The notes under the pieces were generated by a model that was not told the origin of the DNA, searched no databases, and was given only the letters and a program-made list of their open reading frames with translations. Positions 48,261-57,894 of a DNA stretch of 64,000 nt are shown in pieces. The DNA lies in NCBI GenBank assembly GCA_003552585.1, contig PUNK01000010.1, positions 43,909 through 107,908 on the forward strand, in the 5' to 3' direction. This DNA comes from Thermoplasmata archaeon. Lineage in GTDB: Archaea > Thermoplasmatota > Thermoplasmata > Halarchaeoplasmatales > Halarchaeoplasmataceae. A program made the position numbers and the translations under genes. Each line of letters opens with the position of its first letter. Within the stretch, counting starts at the first letter, position 1.

Positions 48261-48920
48261 GTGTTCACGATGGATGACTTCTATAATAGTTTGGAAGAAT
48301 ATGAGATAAACTGCGATGATGAAAGTTTTCCTTTTCTAAATGAGTTGATACAAAAAATCGAAGAGGCTTTTTCAGACATAGACGAAAAGTACTATCCTGC
48401 TCATCTTGGTAGGGAAAACGGACAAAAATTGTACTGCCTGCTTAAACGATTGAAGCCAAAGGTAGTGATAGAAACGGGTGTTTGTAACGGATTTTCATCT
48501 GCGATCATTTTGAAAGCATTGGAAGATAGTGGAAAACTATATTCTGTTGACCTTCCAGCTATTGTAGGTGAAGAGATACCTGAAGAAAGGACCGGAGCTG
48601 TGATACCCCCTGGTAAGGAATCTGGGTGGGCCGTTCCCCTGGAGCTTAGAAAGAACTGGTATTTAACTATCGGCAATACATATTACAGAACTCCAGCCTT
48701 ACTCAAGGAGATTGGGGAAATAGATGTTTTTCTTCATGATAGTGGTCACTCGTACCAAACCATGATGTTCGAGTTCTCGATCGCGTGGGAGCACCTGCGT
48801 GATGGGGGATACCTTTTAGCCGACAACATAGACTTCAGCAGGGCATTTGAAGACTTCAATCCTAACGAAGGAATAAAAAAATATAGATTTGGTGAGATGG
48901 GGCTGATCGTTAAAGAATGA
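48261..48920 (+). CDS. Class I SAM-dependent methyltransferase (Methyltransf_24-like)
   Basis: VIETGV..GFS, SVDLP, DVFLHDSGHSY, L..GG...ADN. Confidence 0.85.
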   Translation: MFTMDDFYNSLEEYEINCDDESFPFLNELIQKIEEAFSDIDEKYYPAHLGRENGQKLYCLLKRLKPKVVIETGVCNGFSSAIILKALEDSGKLYSVDLPAIVGEEIPEERTGAVIPPGKESGWAVPLELRKNWYLTIGNTYYRTPALLKEIGEIDVFLHDSGHSYQTMMFEFSIAWEHLRDGGYLLADNIDFSRAFEDFNPNEGIKKYRFGEMGLIVKE

Positions 48921-48985
48921 AAAATCGATTCTTTTAGATTTATACCAAAAACTTAAACGCCGGCCGTTTTTCCCTACACTACAAT

Positions 48986-50230
48986 ATGAAACGAAAGTTC
49001 ACGTCCCGAAAATTTTCGATTGGTTTGACTTCAAATCATCGCTGGTTGATACTATTATTATTATTTCTCACCATACTCGTAGCCTTCATAGGTAGGTTGA
49101 GCACTTCTGTCGCCCTGGAGGCTATAGGAGAGGACCTAGTTTGGTCGCGGGCCCAGACAGGTTTTTTGGGAGGTTTGTTGATGGGTATATTCCTGGTTAG
49201 TTACGGACTGTCCAACGTGTTTTTCAGTCCGAATATAGATAAATATGGTTCTAAAGTTGTGCTTACCCTATCCATGGCTGGATGTTCCTTTGCAGTTTTT
49301 CTCGGTGCCTTTTTCGGACATGTCTATTCAATTTTCTTGGCCTCGAGGCTATTACTTGGCCTGGCTCAAGGAGTTATGTTTCCCGTGGCCACTAAAGTCA
49401 TAGCGGGATGGTACTCTAAAGATACAAGAGGAAGGGCGAACTCCATATTCATGATCGGAGCACCTATAGGAGTAGCTGCTGCACCAGTGATAATGGGGCC
49501 AATCATTTACTCGTTCGATTGGCAACTCTCGTTCTATCTAATAGCATTTATCGGATTCGTCATGGTAGTACCCATATTATTATTCATAGAAGATTCCCCC
49601 TCTGAAAAAAACAGCCCTGTAAAGACGAATAGAGATATAGATATGAAGGAGGCTTTCAAGAGGCTGTTAGCTGATAACGATTTCAGATTGATAGTTATTG
49701 GATTCACCACGGTAAACACCATGTGGTGGGGAACATCACTTTGGGTCCCTACTTACCTAGAGCAGACCACGGGAATAAGTCTGGGCGAGATGGCCTACGC
49801 TGCATCAATACCTTACATAGGTTCTATATTTGGATTGCTCACCGGTGCCTGGATCAGCGACCTGAAAGGAAATCCTAACCATATCATCATGTTTTCATTA
49901 TTTATGACTGGTGTGATGGTAGGTGTTCTAACTCTTTCACCTATACCTGGGATGAAGATGGCAGTATTCTTGCTGAGCCTCGTGTTCTTCTTCGGTCAGC
50001 TTTCCCCGCCACTATTTTTCACAAAATTACAGAACACCATCATGGGAGAAGAGTTGGGCTCCGCCACTGGTTTGATGAACGGTATAGCGAACACTGCAGG
50101 AGTGCTTGGTCCGGTAAGTGTCGGTGTGGTTGTGGCTGTCAGCGGTTCTTATAAGATGGGGATACTAATTATATCTGTAATCGCCTTTGTTGGGCTGGTA
50201 GCATTCTACAGGATGTTATCAAAGTCGTAA
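48986..50230 (+). CDS. MFS transporter (ACS-like)
   Basis: About 12 TM helices; DKYGSK loop, RLLLGLAQG..FP, RGRANS. Confidence 0.9.
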   Translation: MKRKFTSRKFSIGLTSNHRWLILLLLFLTILVAFIGRLSTSVALEAIGEDLVWSRAQTGFLGGLLMGIFLVSYGLSNVFFSPNIDKYGSKVVLTLSMAGCSFAVFLGAFFGHVYSIFLASRLLLGLAQGVMFPVATKVIAGWYSKDTRGRANSIFMIGAPIGVAAAPVIMGPIIYSFDWQLSFYLIAFIGFVMVVPILLFIEDSPSEKNSPVKTNRDIDMKEAFKRLLADNDFRLIVIGFTTVNTMWWGTSLWVPTYLEQTTGISLGEMAYAASIPYIGSIFGLLTGAWISDLKGNPNHIIMFSLFMTGVMVGVLTLSPIPGMKMAVFLLSLVFFFGQLSPPLFFTKLQNTIMGEELGSATGLMNGIANTAGVLGPVSVGVVVAVSGSYKMGILIISVIAFVGLVAFYRMLSKS

Positions 50231-50319
50231 ATAACAATTTGGCTTTTGTTTGGGTTAAATTTTAATACCCCCTACTCATGGTTTAAGCCTATAAAGCAAT
50301 AAATCAGAAGGTGTAACGT

Positions 50320-50547
50320 ATGAAAGCATTCAGAGTGAAAGGGAGATTTCGCATGGGGAAGGAATGGCAGACCTTCACAAAAGAAGTTGTAGAGGAAAGT
50401 GAAGACGGAGCCCATGAAAAGGCATTATCGATCATGGGCAGTAAGCACAGGGTCAAGAGGACCAATATCAAGATCAATGAGGTAAAGGAGATATCGCCGG
50501 ATGAGGTTGAAGATATCGTAGTAAGGGACCTTCTGGAGGACGTATAA
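50320..50547 (+). CDS. rpl18a: 50S ribosomal protein L18Ae (eL20/LX)
   Basis: FTKEV...A.EK..S..GSKHRVKR..I.I; conserved position before pfdA-ftsY. Confidence 0.93.
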   Translation: MKAFRVKGRFRMGKEWQTFTKEVVEESEDGAHEKALSIMGSKHRVKRTNIKINEVKEISPDEVEDIVVRDLLEDV

Positions 50548-50548
50548 A

Positions 50549-50986
50549 ATGGTAAATGAACAGGAACTACAGAAAAAGATGATGAAACTTGAAGAGATCA
50601 AAAATCAGATCGAGGCTCTCAGCAGCCAGAAAGAGATGGTTCAGAGCATGGTCGAAGAGCATGAAAAAGCGAGCAAAGCCATAACAAATTACAGCAAAGA
50701 AGAAGAGGGAAAAGAGCTTCTTGTATCAGTCGGTGGTAATGCCCATATACCGTGCAAGGTGAGTGGGGAGAGAAAAGTGTTGATCGGACTCGGATCGGAT
50801 GTATCCGCACTTACCGAACCGGAAAAGGCGGTGAACATCGTGGATACAAGGAAGAAAGAGTTGACCCAAACAAGAACAGAGATAGAAAACGGTATCAACC
50901 GGCTAGAAGGAGAGTTCAGAAAACTCCAGCAGACGGTTCAGCAGGAATATCAACAGATGCAGCTCGAAGCCCAACAAAATAAGTGA
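50549..50986 (+). CDS. pfdA: Prefoldin alpha subunit
   Basis: Coiled coil, ELLVSVGG..KVLIGLGS hairpins, coiled coil; gene context. Confidence 0.92.
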   Translation: MVNEQELQKKMMKLEEIKNQIEALSSQKEMVQSMVEEHEKASKAITNYSKEEEGKELLVSVGGNAHIPCKVSGERKVLIGLGSDVSALTEPEKAVNIVDTRKKELTQTRTEIENGINRLEGEFRKLQQTVQQEYQQMQLEAQQNK

Positions 50987-51012
50987 TGGGATCATACCAG
51001 TAGGTTAAAACC

Positions 51013-51954
51013 ATGTTCGAGAAGTTGAAGGAGAAGATATCCAATATTACAAAGTCTTCTAAAAAAGAGATAGAGGATTCTCCAGAAGAAGCTTTTGTCG
51101 AGGGATGGGGATCCAAGATAAAAGAAGGAAAACTCGATCCCATACTATGGGAACTCAAGATCGCACTCTTGGAAGCTGATGTAGCACTACCAGTAGTGGA
51201 TGAGATACAGGAAGAGGTTAAGGAAAATCTTATGGGTAAAAAAGTGGGGAGAGGTTACGATATAGAAGAGGTGATAGAAAGCGTCCTGAAAGATGCGGTT
51301 AGAGCGGCCCTTGATGTAGATGGCATGGACTTAGATAGATTCATAAAAACCTCTGATAAGCCCGTTTCGATAATGTTCGTTGGAGTGAATGGTACGGGAA
51401 AAACCACCACGATCGCTAAGATAGCCCATAGGCTCATCAAAAATGGATACAGTTGTGTTTTATCAGCATCCGACACATTTCGTGCTGGAGCTCTTGAACA
51501 AATTCAGGAACACGGAAATAGATTAGGTGTTAAAGTGATTAAACATTCCAAAGGAAGTGATCCAGCAGCAGTAGGATATGATGCCGTGGAGCACGCCCAA
51601 GCTAGACACAAAGATGTTGTTTTGATAGATACTGCTGGAAGGATGCAGACAAACAAGAACTTGATGGATGAGATGGAAAAGATCAAAAGGGTGGTCGGTC
51701 CGGATTTGATAATATTCGTCGGAGATGCCTTGGCAGGTAGTGATGCTATAGAACAGGCAAAAAAATTCGACGAGAGTGTGGGAATAGACGGTGTGATACT
51801 TACCAAAATAGATGCTGATGCTAAAGGGGGTAGCGCTCTTTCTATCGGCCACACGGTCGGCAAGCCCATCTTATTTGTTGGTACTGGTGAGTCGTACGAG
51901 AACCTTCAAAGATTCGATTCGGAGTGGATGACTGAGAGATTATTTGGGAGTTGA
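51013..51954 (+). CDS. ftsY: SRP receptor FtsY
   Basis: GVNGTGKTTT, DTFRAGA, DTAGR, TKID..AKGG. Confidence 0.97.
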   Translation: MFEKLKEKISNITKSSKKEIEDSPEEAFVEGWGSKIKEGKLDPILWELKIALLEADVALPVVDEIQEEVKENLMGKKVGRGYDIEEVIESVLKDAVRAALDVDGMDLDRFIKTSDKPVSIMFVGVNGTGKTTTIAKIAHRLIKNGYSCVLSASDTFRAGALEQIQEHGNRLGVKVIKHSKGSDPAAVGYDAVEHAQARHKDVVLIDTAGRMQTNKNLMDEMEKIKRVVGPDLIIFVGDALAGSDAIEQAKKFDESVGIDGVILTKIDADAKGGSALSIGHTVGKPILFVGTGESYENLQRFDSEWMTERLFGS

Positions 51955-53051
51955 ATAGGTTGAATTGGAAGAAACACGTTAGTAAAGGAAGGATCTTGGA
52001 CTTTCCAGTTCTTCAACTGTTGATAACCTCTATAAAAAATAATCAAGGGCACCTTATAGTAAAGGCCAAGCCAGACGATGGTTCTGAGGGGCCAGTGGAT
52101 AAGTTGATATCGATAGGTAGCAGCCCGGCCAACTACCACATAAAGATCATCTCCGATCGGAGCGATCATCTTAATAACTTAACATCGGCGATGTGTAGAA
52201 GCGGATTGGTTAAACCATACGACCTTGAAAAGGTAACCCATTCGATGATAGAATCTGAAGACCTCGTTTTGGGATTGGATACAAATCTGATATACAACTG
52301 CATCGTTTCGGAACATTTACTCTCTGGATTTGAAAAAGCAAACCCTTTCTCTTACTCTAAAATGCCTAACTGGCTCCTTTTAGCGGTTCCAGGGGTGGTT
52401 ATGAAAGAGATCGAGAATGCAGCAAACCACAAGAAGAAAGGGAGACTCACACACATAGGGAGACTGGGGTTCAGGGCTCTCCAAGAGATTATGGTTTTGC
52501 AGGAAAACAGAGGGAGTTCAGGTTCAGCAGTACTTGTAGTCGGATCAACAAATCCCCAGCAACTGAGATATTCTGATGAGGACAGTTCCAAGATTGAAAA
52601 CGCCGATTCGCTGATTAGGGACCAGTTCAGGAACTTTATAAGAGAACTAGACATGAGAAAAGGAGTTTATTTCCTGACTATGGACAAGACGAATGCATCG
52701 TTGGGAAGAGCTGAAGGACTTAACTCTATAAGGGTAAATCATCCAAAGATGTTGCGTACTGGGTACGATCTATACCAACTCGGAGAAGAAACGGTCCTGC
52801 TTGCGAGAATACTGTATGAGATAGCTGTAGAATTCGGCGTGATAGAGATTTCTTGGAAAGAGCATGGACGCATGCATTATTTTGAGCTTGATTCGGGATG
52901 GCAGTGGAAGAACATGGGACATTGGGAAAATTGGCAGTTGCTGTGCAGCGGATACGATAACCATTTCTTTAGGGAGGTCAACAATTACGACGAGGTTGAC
53001 GTGGAAAAGATAAGTAGTTATTGGAAAGAACTGCGTGAGGCTATGGTTTGA
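51951..53051 (+). CDS. PIN-domain protein
   Basis: LGLDTN, VVMKEIE, ADSLI and FLTMDK acidic tetrad; TTG start overlaps the ftsY stop. Confidence 0.7.
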   Translation: MNRLNWKKHVSKGRILDFPVLQLLITSIKNNQGHLIVKAKPDDGSEGPVDKLISIGSSPANYHIKIISDRSDHLNNLTSAMCRSGLVKPYDLEKVTHSMIESEDLVLGLDTNLIYNCIVSEHLLSGFEKANPFSYSKMPNWLLLAVPGVVMKEIENAANHKKKGRLTHIGRLGFRALQEIMVLQENRGSSGSAVLVVGSTNPQQLRYSDEDSSKIENADSLIRDQFRNFIRELDMRKGVYFLTMDKTNASLGRAEGLNSIRVNHPKMLRTGYDLYQLGEETVLLARILYEIAVEFGVIEISWKEHGRMHYFELDSGWQWKNMGHWENWQLLCSGYDNHFFREVNNYDEVDVEKISSYWKELREAMV

Positions 53052-53115
53052 GACAAAATCTTTTTATAGTACGAAAACAAAGTATTAATAGTAGATTAAA
53101 GACGAAGGATTCAAT

Positions 53116-53538
53116 ATGCCAGAGGTTAATGATTTAAGTGATTGTGATACACTTACAGTCGAAAATCTAACACTCGCGATAAAAAACTGTGTTGATGGTC
53201 ATGGCATGCAGAGAGCTGCTGCAAGAAACATGGCAGAGCATGTGTTGAACTTTTTTGGATACCGAGATAGGATAATTGATAATATATTGGAGCAGGAAGA
53301 TAGAGACGTATTCTACATGTTAGAGGATGCAGGATTGTTGACTACAGAGAGGGAGGAAACCACCCTTTACGATGGAAGGGAATGGCGTATTCATTACTGG
53401 TTATTCAAAAAAGATAAAATTTTAAAACTTTTAGAAGAGGAAACTCCTGAAAGGGAGGATAAATCAGAAGAGAAAAGTGTATATGATGATATCCCTGACG
53501 GTGTTTGGTCTTCTAGAATGGGTGTTGGTGACAAGTAA
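53116..53538 (+). CDS. Conserved Thermoplasmata-type protein (DUF6015-like, probable winged helix)
   Basis: AEHVLNFFGY.DRIIDN.LE.EDRDVFYMLED.GLL.TEREETTLYDGREWRIHYW recognised as a conserved family. Confidence 0.75.
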   Translation: MPEVNDLSDCDTLTVENLTLAIKNCVDGHGMQRAAARNMAEHVLNFFGYRDRIIDNILEQEDRDVFYMLEDAGLLTTEREETTLYDGREWRIHYWLFKKDKILKLLEEETPEREDKSEEKSVYDDIPDGVWSSRMGVGDK

Positions 53539-53591
53539 ATATGGTGAAAAATGGGTCGCTGAGTGTTTCATCTAGGTTTTGATAGAGATGA

Positions 53592-53666
53592 TGGGCCCGC
53601 CGAAATTTGAATTCGGGTACCGGCGTCCCGAACGCCGAAGGATGGACCAAGCTACCCCACGGGCCC
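53592..53666 (-). tRNA. tRNA-Pro (anticodon CGG), no intron, CCA not encoded
   Basis: Reverse complement GGGCCCG TG GGGTAGCTTGGTCCATCCT T CGGCG TTCGGGA CGCCG GTAC CCGAA TTCAAAT TTCGG CGGGCCC A folds into a full cloverleaf. Confidence 0.95.
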
Positions 53667-53709
53667 AAATTATTGTTCACATGAGAAAGGCTGTTAATAA
53701 AAAGATTAC

Positions 53710-54111
53710 TCACATCACTGAATGTTCGAATATATTTTTAAGTACTTCATGCAAGTTCGTTTTGTTAACAGGATGATAGAACAGATGAGAACTGCAGTTG
53801 CAATCGCTGCATCCAAAATTTTTAACTTGGTCGAAATACTCTTCCAGCTGGTGAGCACATGAGCACTCCTCGTCCTTATCGCCTTCTTTTATCCATACAT
53901 CTATTATCTTCGAGTATCTAAGTAGATAGTCTATATGCCAGTGCACCCTCTTTTGTTCTCTCATATGACGATTGATCCTAGCCTCCAAACCGCTCTGTGC
54001 AGATCCCACATAAAGGTAATATCCTGACATAAATTTGATCGTGCCAAGTGCGCCGATCTCCAATTCTCTATCCTTTTCTAGATAGATGACCAAACAGTAG
54101 ACACCTTTCAT
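53710..54111 (-). CDS. GIY-YIG nuclease family protein (DUF123)
   Basis: KGVYCL, YLYVGSA, R..RH, HWHIDY, EC, FGCSDC.C.SHL. Start ATG 54111. Confidence 0.88.
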   Translation of the reverse strand: MKGVYCLVIYLEKDRELEIGALGTIKFMSGYYLYVGSAQSGLEARINRHMREQKRVHWHIDYLLRYSKIIDVWIKEGDKDEECSCAHQLEEYFDQVKNFGCSDCNCSSHLFYHPVNKTNLHEVLKNIFEHSVM

Positions 54112-54115
54112 ATTT

Positions 54116-55696
54116 TCAATACCCTTGGGCTGTTCCATCGGCACGAGGATCACTGCCACCTGCTAAAACATTGCCATTCTTCCAAATAATCTGGCCTCTC
54201 CCAAATCGACCAGATTTATCGGAATATTCTATCTCATGTTCCTTCTTGGTGAGCTCTTTGACCAAGTTGGTTGGAAAGCCACGTTCGACTATTACCTTTC
54301 TCCCCCTGATCCATCTCCATCGAGGAGCGTCTAAAGCCGCCTGAGGGTTGTGCTCAAAATCAAGAGAGTTCATGATCACCTGAAGGTGGCCTTGGGGCTG
54401 CATGAAACCACCCATGACTCCAAAAGGACCTACAGGTCCACCATCCTTTGAAAGGAATCCTGGGATGATAGTATGATATGGTCTTTTACCTGGTTCTAGA
54501 GAATTAGGGTGTCCAGGATCCAAGGAAAAAGAAGAACCTCGGTTCTGGAGGGCGATACCAGTACCCGGTACCACCAGACCAGACCCAAAACCGTTGTAGT
54601 TGCTCTGTATGTAAGAGACCATGTTCCCTTGATCGTCTCCAGTAGCAAGATAAACCGTTCCTGAATCCCTAGATTTGCATATATCCGGATCCGAAGCATT
54701 TTCGGCTATCTGATCTTTGTAATTTTTGGAGAGCAATTCTTCAGGTGGGATCTGCATATAAGCTGGATCTGTTATGTGTTTTTTTCCATCTTTGAAAGCG
54801 ATCTTTATGGCCTCTATCTGCTTGTGAAAAGTGTCAGCCGTATCCTTCTTTTCAAACTCGAATTCCTTCATCATATTAAGTGCTAAAAGTGCAACTAATC
54901 CCTGGCCATTGGGAGGTAGTTCCCACACATCATAGCCCCTATAATTCACTCTAAGGGGATCGACCCACTCCGGAGAGAAAGATGCTAAATCTGATCTCCT
55001 TATGAACCCTCCGTATTCCTCTGAGAATTCCTCTATCCTCATTGCCAGTTTACCCCTGTAAAAGGTCTCCGCTTTGGTCTCCGCTATTTTTCTTAGTGTG
55101 TCAGCATGATCCTTTGGTCTCCAAACGGTTCCGATTCTAGGTGCAGTGCCATCGGGTGCAAAGGTGTCGAACCAGTACTTGAATTCATCTCCAGTGAGTT
55201 TTTCATAAATCTTGCAGGCGGCTCTCCAATTTTTACCCACGACTGGTGAGATAGGGAACCCTTCCTCGGCATACTTTATCGACGGGGCCATAACTTCTTC
55301 GAAAGACAGTTCACCAAATCTCTCCCATAACTCCACCCACCCAGCTGTTACACCGGGAACGGTAACCGTTGGCCATCCATATTTAGGCATGCTTTTACCA
55401 GGGACATCTTCAAGAGTTATGCACTTAGGTGAAGGGCCGCTGGAGTTCAAACCATACAACTTTCCTCCACTCCATACCATGGCAAAACCATCTCCACCAA
55501 GACCGTTAGACGTGGGTTCAACTACGGTAAGGCAGGCGGCGACTGCCACTGCCGCATCAACGGCATTACCACCTTTCTTCATTATATCAAGTCCACCCTG
55601 TACTGCAAGAGGATGAGAAGTAGCCACCATCCCGTTACATGCAAAGGTCACCATCCTTTGAGATGGGGAGGGATAAACAGTAGGATCATACCTCAT
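54116..55696 (-). CDS. ggt: Gamma-glutamyltransferase family (YwrD/oxamate amidohydrolase-like)
   Basis: GGNAVDAA, VVEP...GLGGD, PPNGQG, nucleophile TVY, GVMGGFMQPQGH, DPRADG. Confidence 0.9.
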   Translation of the reverse strand: MRYDPTVYPSPSQRMVTFACNGMVATSHPLAVQGGLDIMKKGGNAVDAAVAVAACLTVVEPTSNGLGGDGFAMVWSGGKLYGLNSSGPSPKCITLEDVPGKSMPKYGWPTVTVPGVTAGWVELWERFGELSFEEVMAPSIKYAEEGFPISPVVGKNWRAACKIYEKLTGDEFKYWFDTFAPDGTAPRIGTVWRPKDHADTLRKIAETKAETFYRGKLAMRIEEFSEEYGGFIRRSDLASFSPEWVDPLRVNYRGYDVWELPPNGQGLVALLALNMMKEFEFEKKDTADTFHKQIEAIKIAFKDGKKHITDPAYMQIPPEELLSKNYKDQIAENASDPDICKSRDSGTVYLATGDDQGNMVSYIQSNYNGFGSGLVVPGTGIALQNRGSSFSLDPGHPNSLEPGKRPYHTIIPGFLSKDGGPVGPFGVMGGFMQPQGHLQVIMNSLDFEHNPQAALDAPRWRWIRGRKVIVERGFPTNLVKELTKKEHEIEYSDKSGRFGRGQIIWKNGNVLAGGSDPRADGTAQGY

Positions 55697-55797
55697 AGAG
55701 CCGATTAAGTTGATACTTTGTTATTTATCTTTTGTAACTATATCAAATCAGCTAGGAAACAAAAATAATTATAACCTTCCAAAGGGATTACTTTGAC

Positions 55798-56181
55798 ATG
55801 AGATTGAACTTCCTTTCACCCCTGCTGTTCGTCTTCGGTCTTGTCCTTGTCATCCTTTCGGTAGTGAGAGGAGAAGCTGATTTTGCTCTTTTTCTTGTTT
55901 TTCCCGTTATATACGGAGGAGGCGTACTGCTCTTTGGTGGGATACTCCTGATATTCCTATCCTTCATAGTCTTACCTATCACTTGGATGCAAAATGTAGA
56001 AAAGCCGAAGGAACACCATATAAGAAAGACAAAGGGCAGTTTCGGAGGGGTTGTCTTCATAGGTCCTATCCCCATAGTATTTGGTAGCGAAAGAAGGGTG
56101 ACGCGACTCATGCTCTATGTCGCCCTTGCACTGGCTGCACTCATGTTCGTATTGTACCTGTATCTAATTTATTCAGGATAA
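55798..56181 (+). CDS. DUF131 (TIGR00304-like) membrane protein
   Basis: GGVVFIGPIPIVFGS motif; 3-4 TM helices. Confidence 0.85.
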   Translation: MRLNFLSPLLFVFGLVLVILSVVRGEADFALFLVFPVIYGGGVLLFGGILLIFLSFIVLPITWMQNVEKPKEHHIRKTKGSFGGVVFIGPIPIVFGSERRVTRLMLYVALALAALMFVLYLYLIYSG

Positions 56182-56197
56182 AAGGATGTGAGAAAAT

Positions 56198-57247
56198 ATG
56201 AAAGAGTACATAAAGAAAAATGTGGCTGAAATAATCAAGATAAAAAGCGAGAGCAACGGTCCGATGAATGAGATCGTTGAATTCGTTAAAGAAAAGCTAA
56301 GTGACATCGGACTTGAACCTACTGTATTCGAGGGGGATGATCATTCACCAGTAGTCATCGCGACACATGGAGAAGGAGGGGTTTGTTTTTCCGGGCACCT
56401 GGATACAGTCCCTCTGGGCGAAGGATGGACGAAGGAACAGGGTGAAATCATAGATGGAAAGATCTATGGAAGGGGAGCTCTCGATATGAAGGGGCCTTGT
56501 ATCTCCATGCTGACTGCTGCTTGGAAGATGAAAGAGGAGGATATACCCTTCACCCTGATATTTACGACGGATGAAGAGGTTTCCATGGCTGGGGCAAAGG
56601 CTGTGGCATCAAGGAAGGAGGTTAGAGAAGCCCCTGCAGTAGTAGTTTGTGAACCGACAAACTTTTTGGTCGTGAATCAGGAGAAGGGTGTTTATCAGTT
56701 CGAGATTAAAACGAAAGGAGAAAATGCCCATGCAAGTATGCCTCAGATCGGAGAAAATGCCATATCGAAAATGCTGCCTATACTCATCGACCTAGATAAA
56801 AAGGGAGAGTTGGATTCAGGACCAGAAATACTCACCTGCTGTGTGGACGTGGTCAAGGGTGGAAAGGCAACTAACGTGATACCTGACTCCTGTCGTGCTG
56901 AGGTAGATGTGCGTTTTCCATCCACATACAACTTTGATAGTTTGAAGGATTACCTTTTTGGAGATGTATCAGGTGAGTTTGAGTTGAAAACGATACAGTA
57001 CCTACCCTCTGTAAAAGTGGAAGATGATAATCCCATGATAAAAAAGATGCTCGAGCTGGCAGACACCGAAACTTGGTCGGTACCCTACGGAACCGAGATG
57101 GTGATGTTTGTGAAGGAAAATCCCAACACATTCATATTCGGACCAGGAGGTGTTGAGACAGCACATCAACCTGACGAGCATATAAAGTTGAGTTCACTCA
57201 TAGAAGTAGTGGATATTTACGTTAAATATGCTGAGGAGATGGCTTAG
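56198..57247 (+). CDS. M20 metallopeptidase (ArgE/DapE family)
   Basis: GHLDTV, GRGALDMKG, DEE, EPT, AHAS, GPG..AH.PDE. Confidence 0.92.
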   Translation: MKEYIKKNVAEIIKIKSESNGPMNEIVEFVKEKLSDIGLEPTVFEGDDHSPVVIATHGEGGVCFSGHLDTVPLGEGWTKEQGEIIDGKIYGRGALDMKGPCISMLTAAWKMKEEDIPFTLIFTTDEEVSMAGAKAVASRKEVREAPAVVVCEPTNFLVVNQEKGVYQFEIKTKGENAHASMPQIGENAISKMLPILIDLDKKGELDSGPEILTCCVDVVKGGKATNVIPDSCRAEVDVRFPSTYNFDSLKDYLFGDVSGEFELKTIQYLPSVKVEDDNPMIKKMLELADTETWSVPYGTEMVMFVKENPNTFIFGPGGVETAHQPDEHIKLSSLIEVVDIYVKYAEEMA

Positions 57248-57504
57248 AAAAAGTCCAGTTTGCCCATCCCCGCTTTGGAAAGTATATCTCTTAGAGAGAT
57301 GTCGTTCAGTTCACCGATCAGTTTCTTGACTATCTCAGAGTCCATCCCTGAAGCCCTCAGATTTTTTTTGAATATCTTTCGTCTTTTATTCTGTTTCCTC
57401 TTCAAACGAAGATATAATAAAGGGAGTTTAAAGAGGAGGGGGAGCACGTGGACTAATGCTTTAACAAAGACTAGCGGTGCTCGATCCCCCTCTTCTCGCC
57501 TCAT
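57244..57504 (-). CDS. Small basic hypothetical protein with hydrophobic N-terminus
   Basis: 86 aa; third gene of a tight operon; FKKNLRASGM motif. Confidence 0.65.
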   Translation of the reverse strand: MRREEGDRAPLVFVKALVHVLPLLFKLPLLYLRLKRKQNKRRKIFKKNLRASGMDSEIVKKLIGELNDISLRDILSKAGMGKLDFF

Positions 57505-57870
57505 CTAATCCCATTCCTCTTTCATCTTGTCTTCTATTTTATTTTTGACGTTCTTCTTGATCTCATCGCTACTAAAGCCTTCGTGTCCCAATGCTCCTGT
57601 ACTGCTGAGGGCTTCTCTTATGAGACTGCTCACGTCGCGTCCCTTCATGAAGTCCCTGGTAAGCTGATAGGCGTGTTCTTTCTCCATGCCTGCATCGACT
57701 AGCTCCTTGTAAAATTTGGCAGTACTTTTGGCAAGTTTTTCACTGTCTTCAGCATTATAGACTGCCTCTATTATCCCCGATATAAGAGGAGGAACGGTCT
57801 CATTCAAGGTCTTCATGACCTCTTTTAGTTCTTTTATGTCGTCCATATCTTCCATATCCATTTTTTTCAC
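57505..57870 (-). CDS. Hypothetical helical protein
   Basis: VPPLI.GII...Y...AKFYKELVDAGM..E.A..LT; abuts the next gene. Confidence 0.75.
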   Translation of the reverse strand: MKKMDMEDMDDIKELKEVMKTLNETVPPLISGIIEAVYNAEDSEKLAKSTAKFYKELVDAGMEKEHAYQLTRDFMKGRDVSSLIREALSSTGALGHEGFSSDEIKKNVKNKIEDKMKEEWD

Positions 57871-57894
57871 CTGTTCTGATATAGGGCGTGCAAC

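Noticed and set aside
53513-53776. ORFs 53579..53776 (+) and 53513..53713 (-)
   Set aside because: Both overlap the tRNA-Pro gene and have no protein motifs.
53592-54111. GIY-YIG nuclease next to a tRNA as a possible integrated mobile element
   Set aside because: No integrase, no att-like duplication of the tRNA 3' end seen, and DUF123 proteins are common archaeal chromosomal genes.
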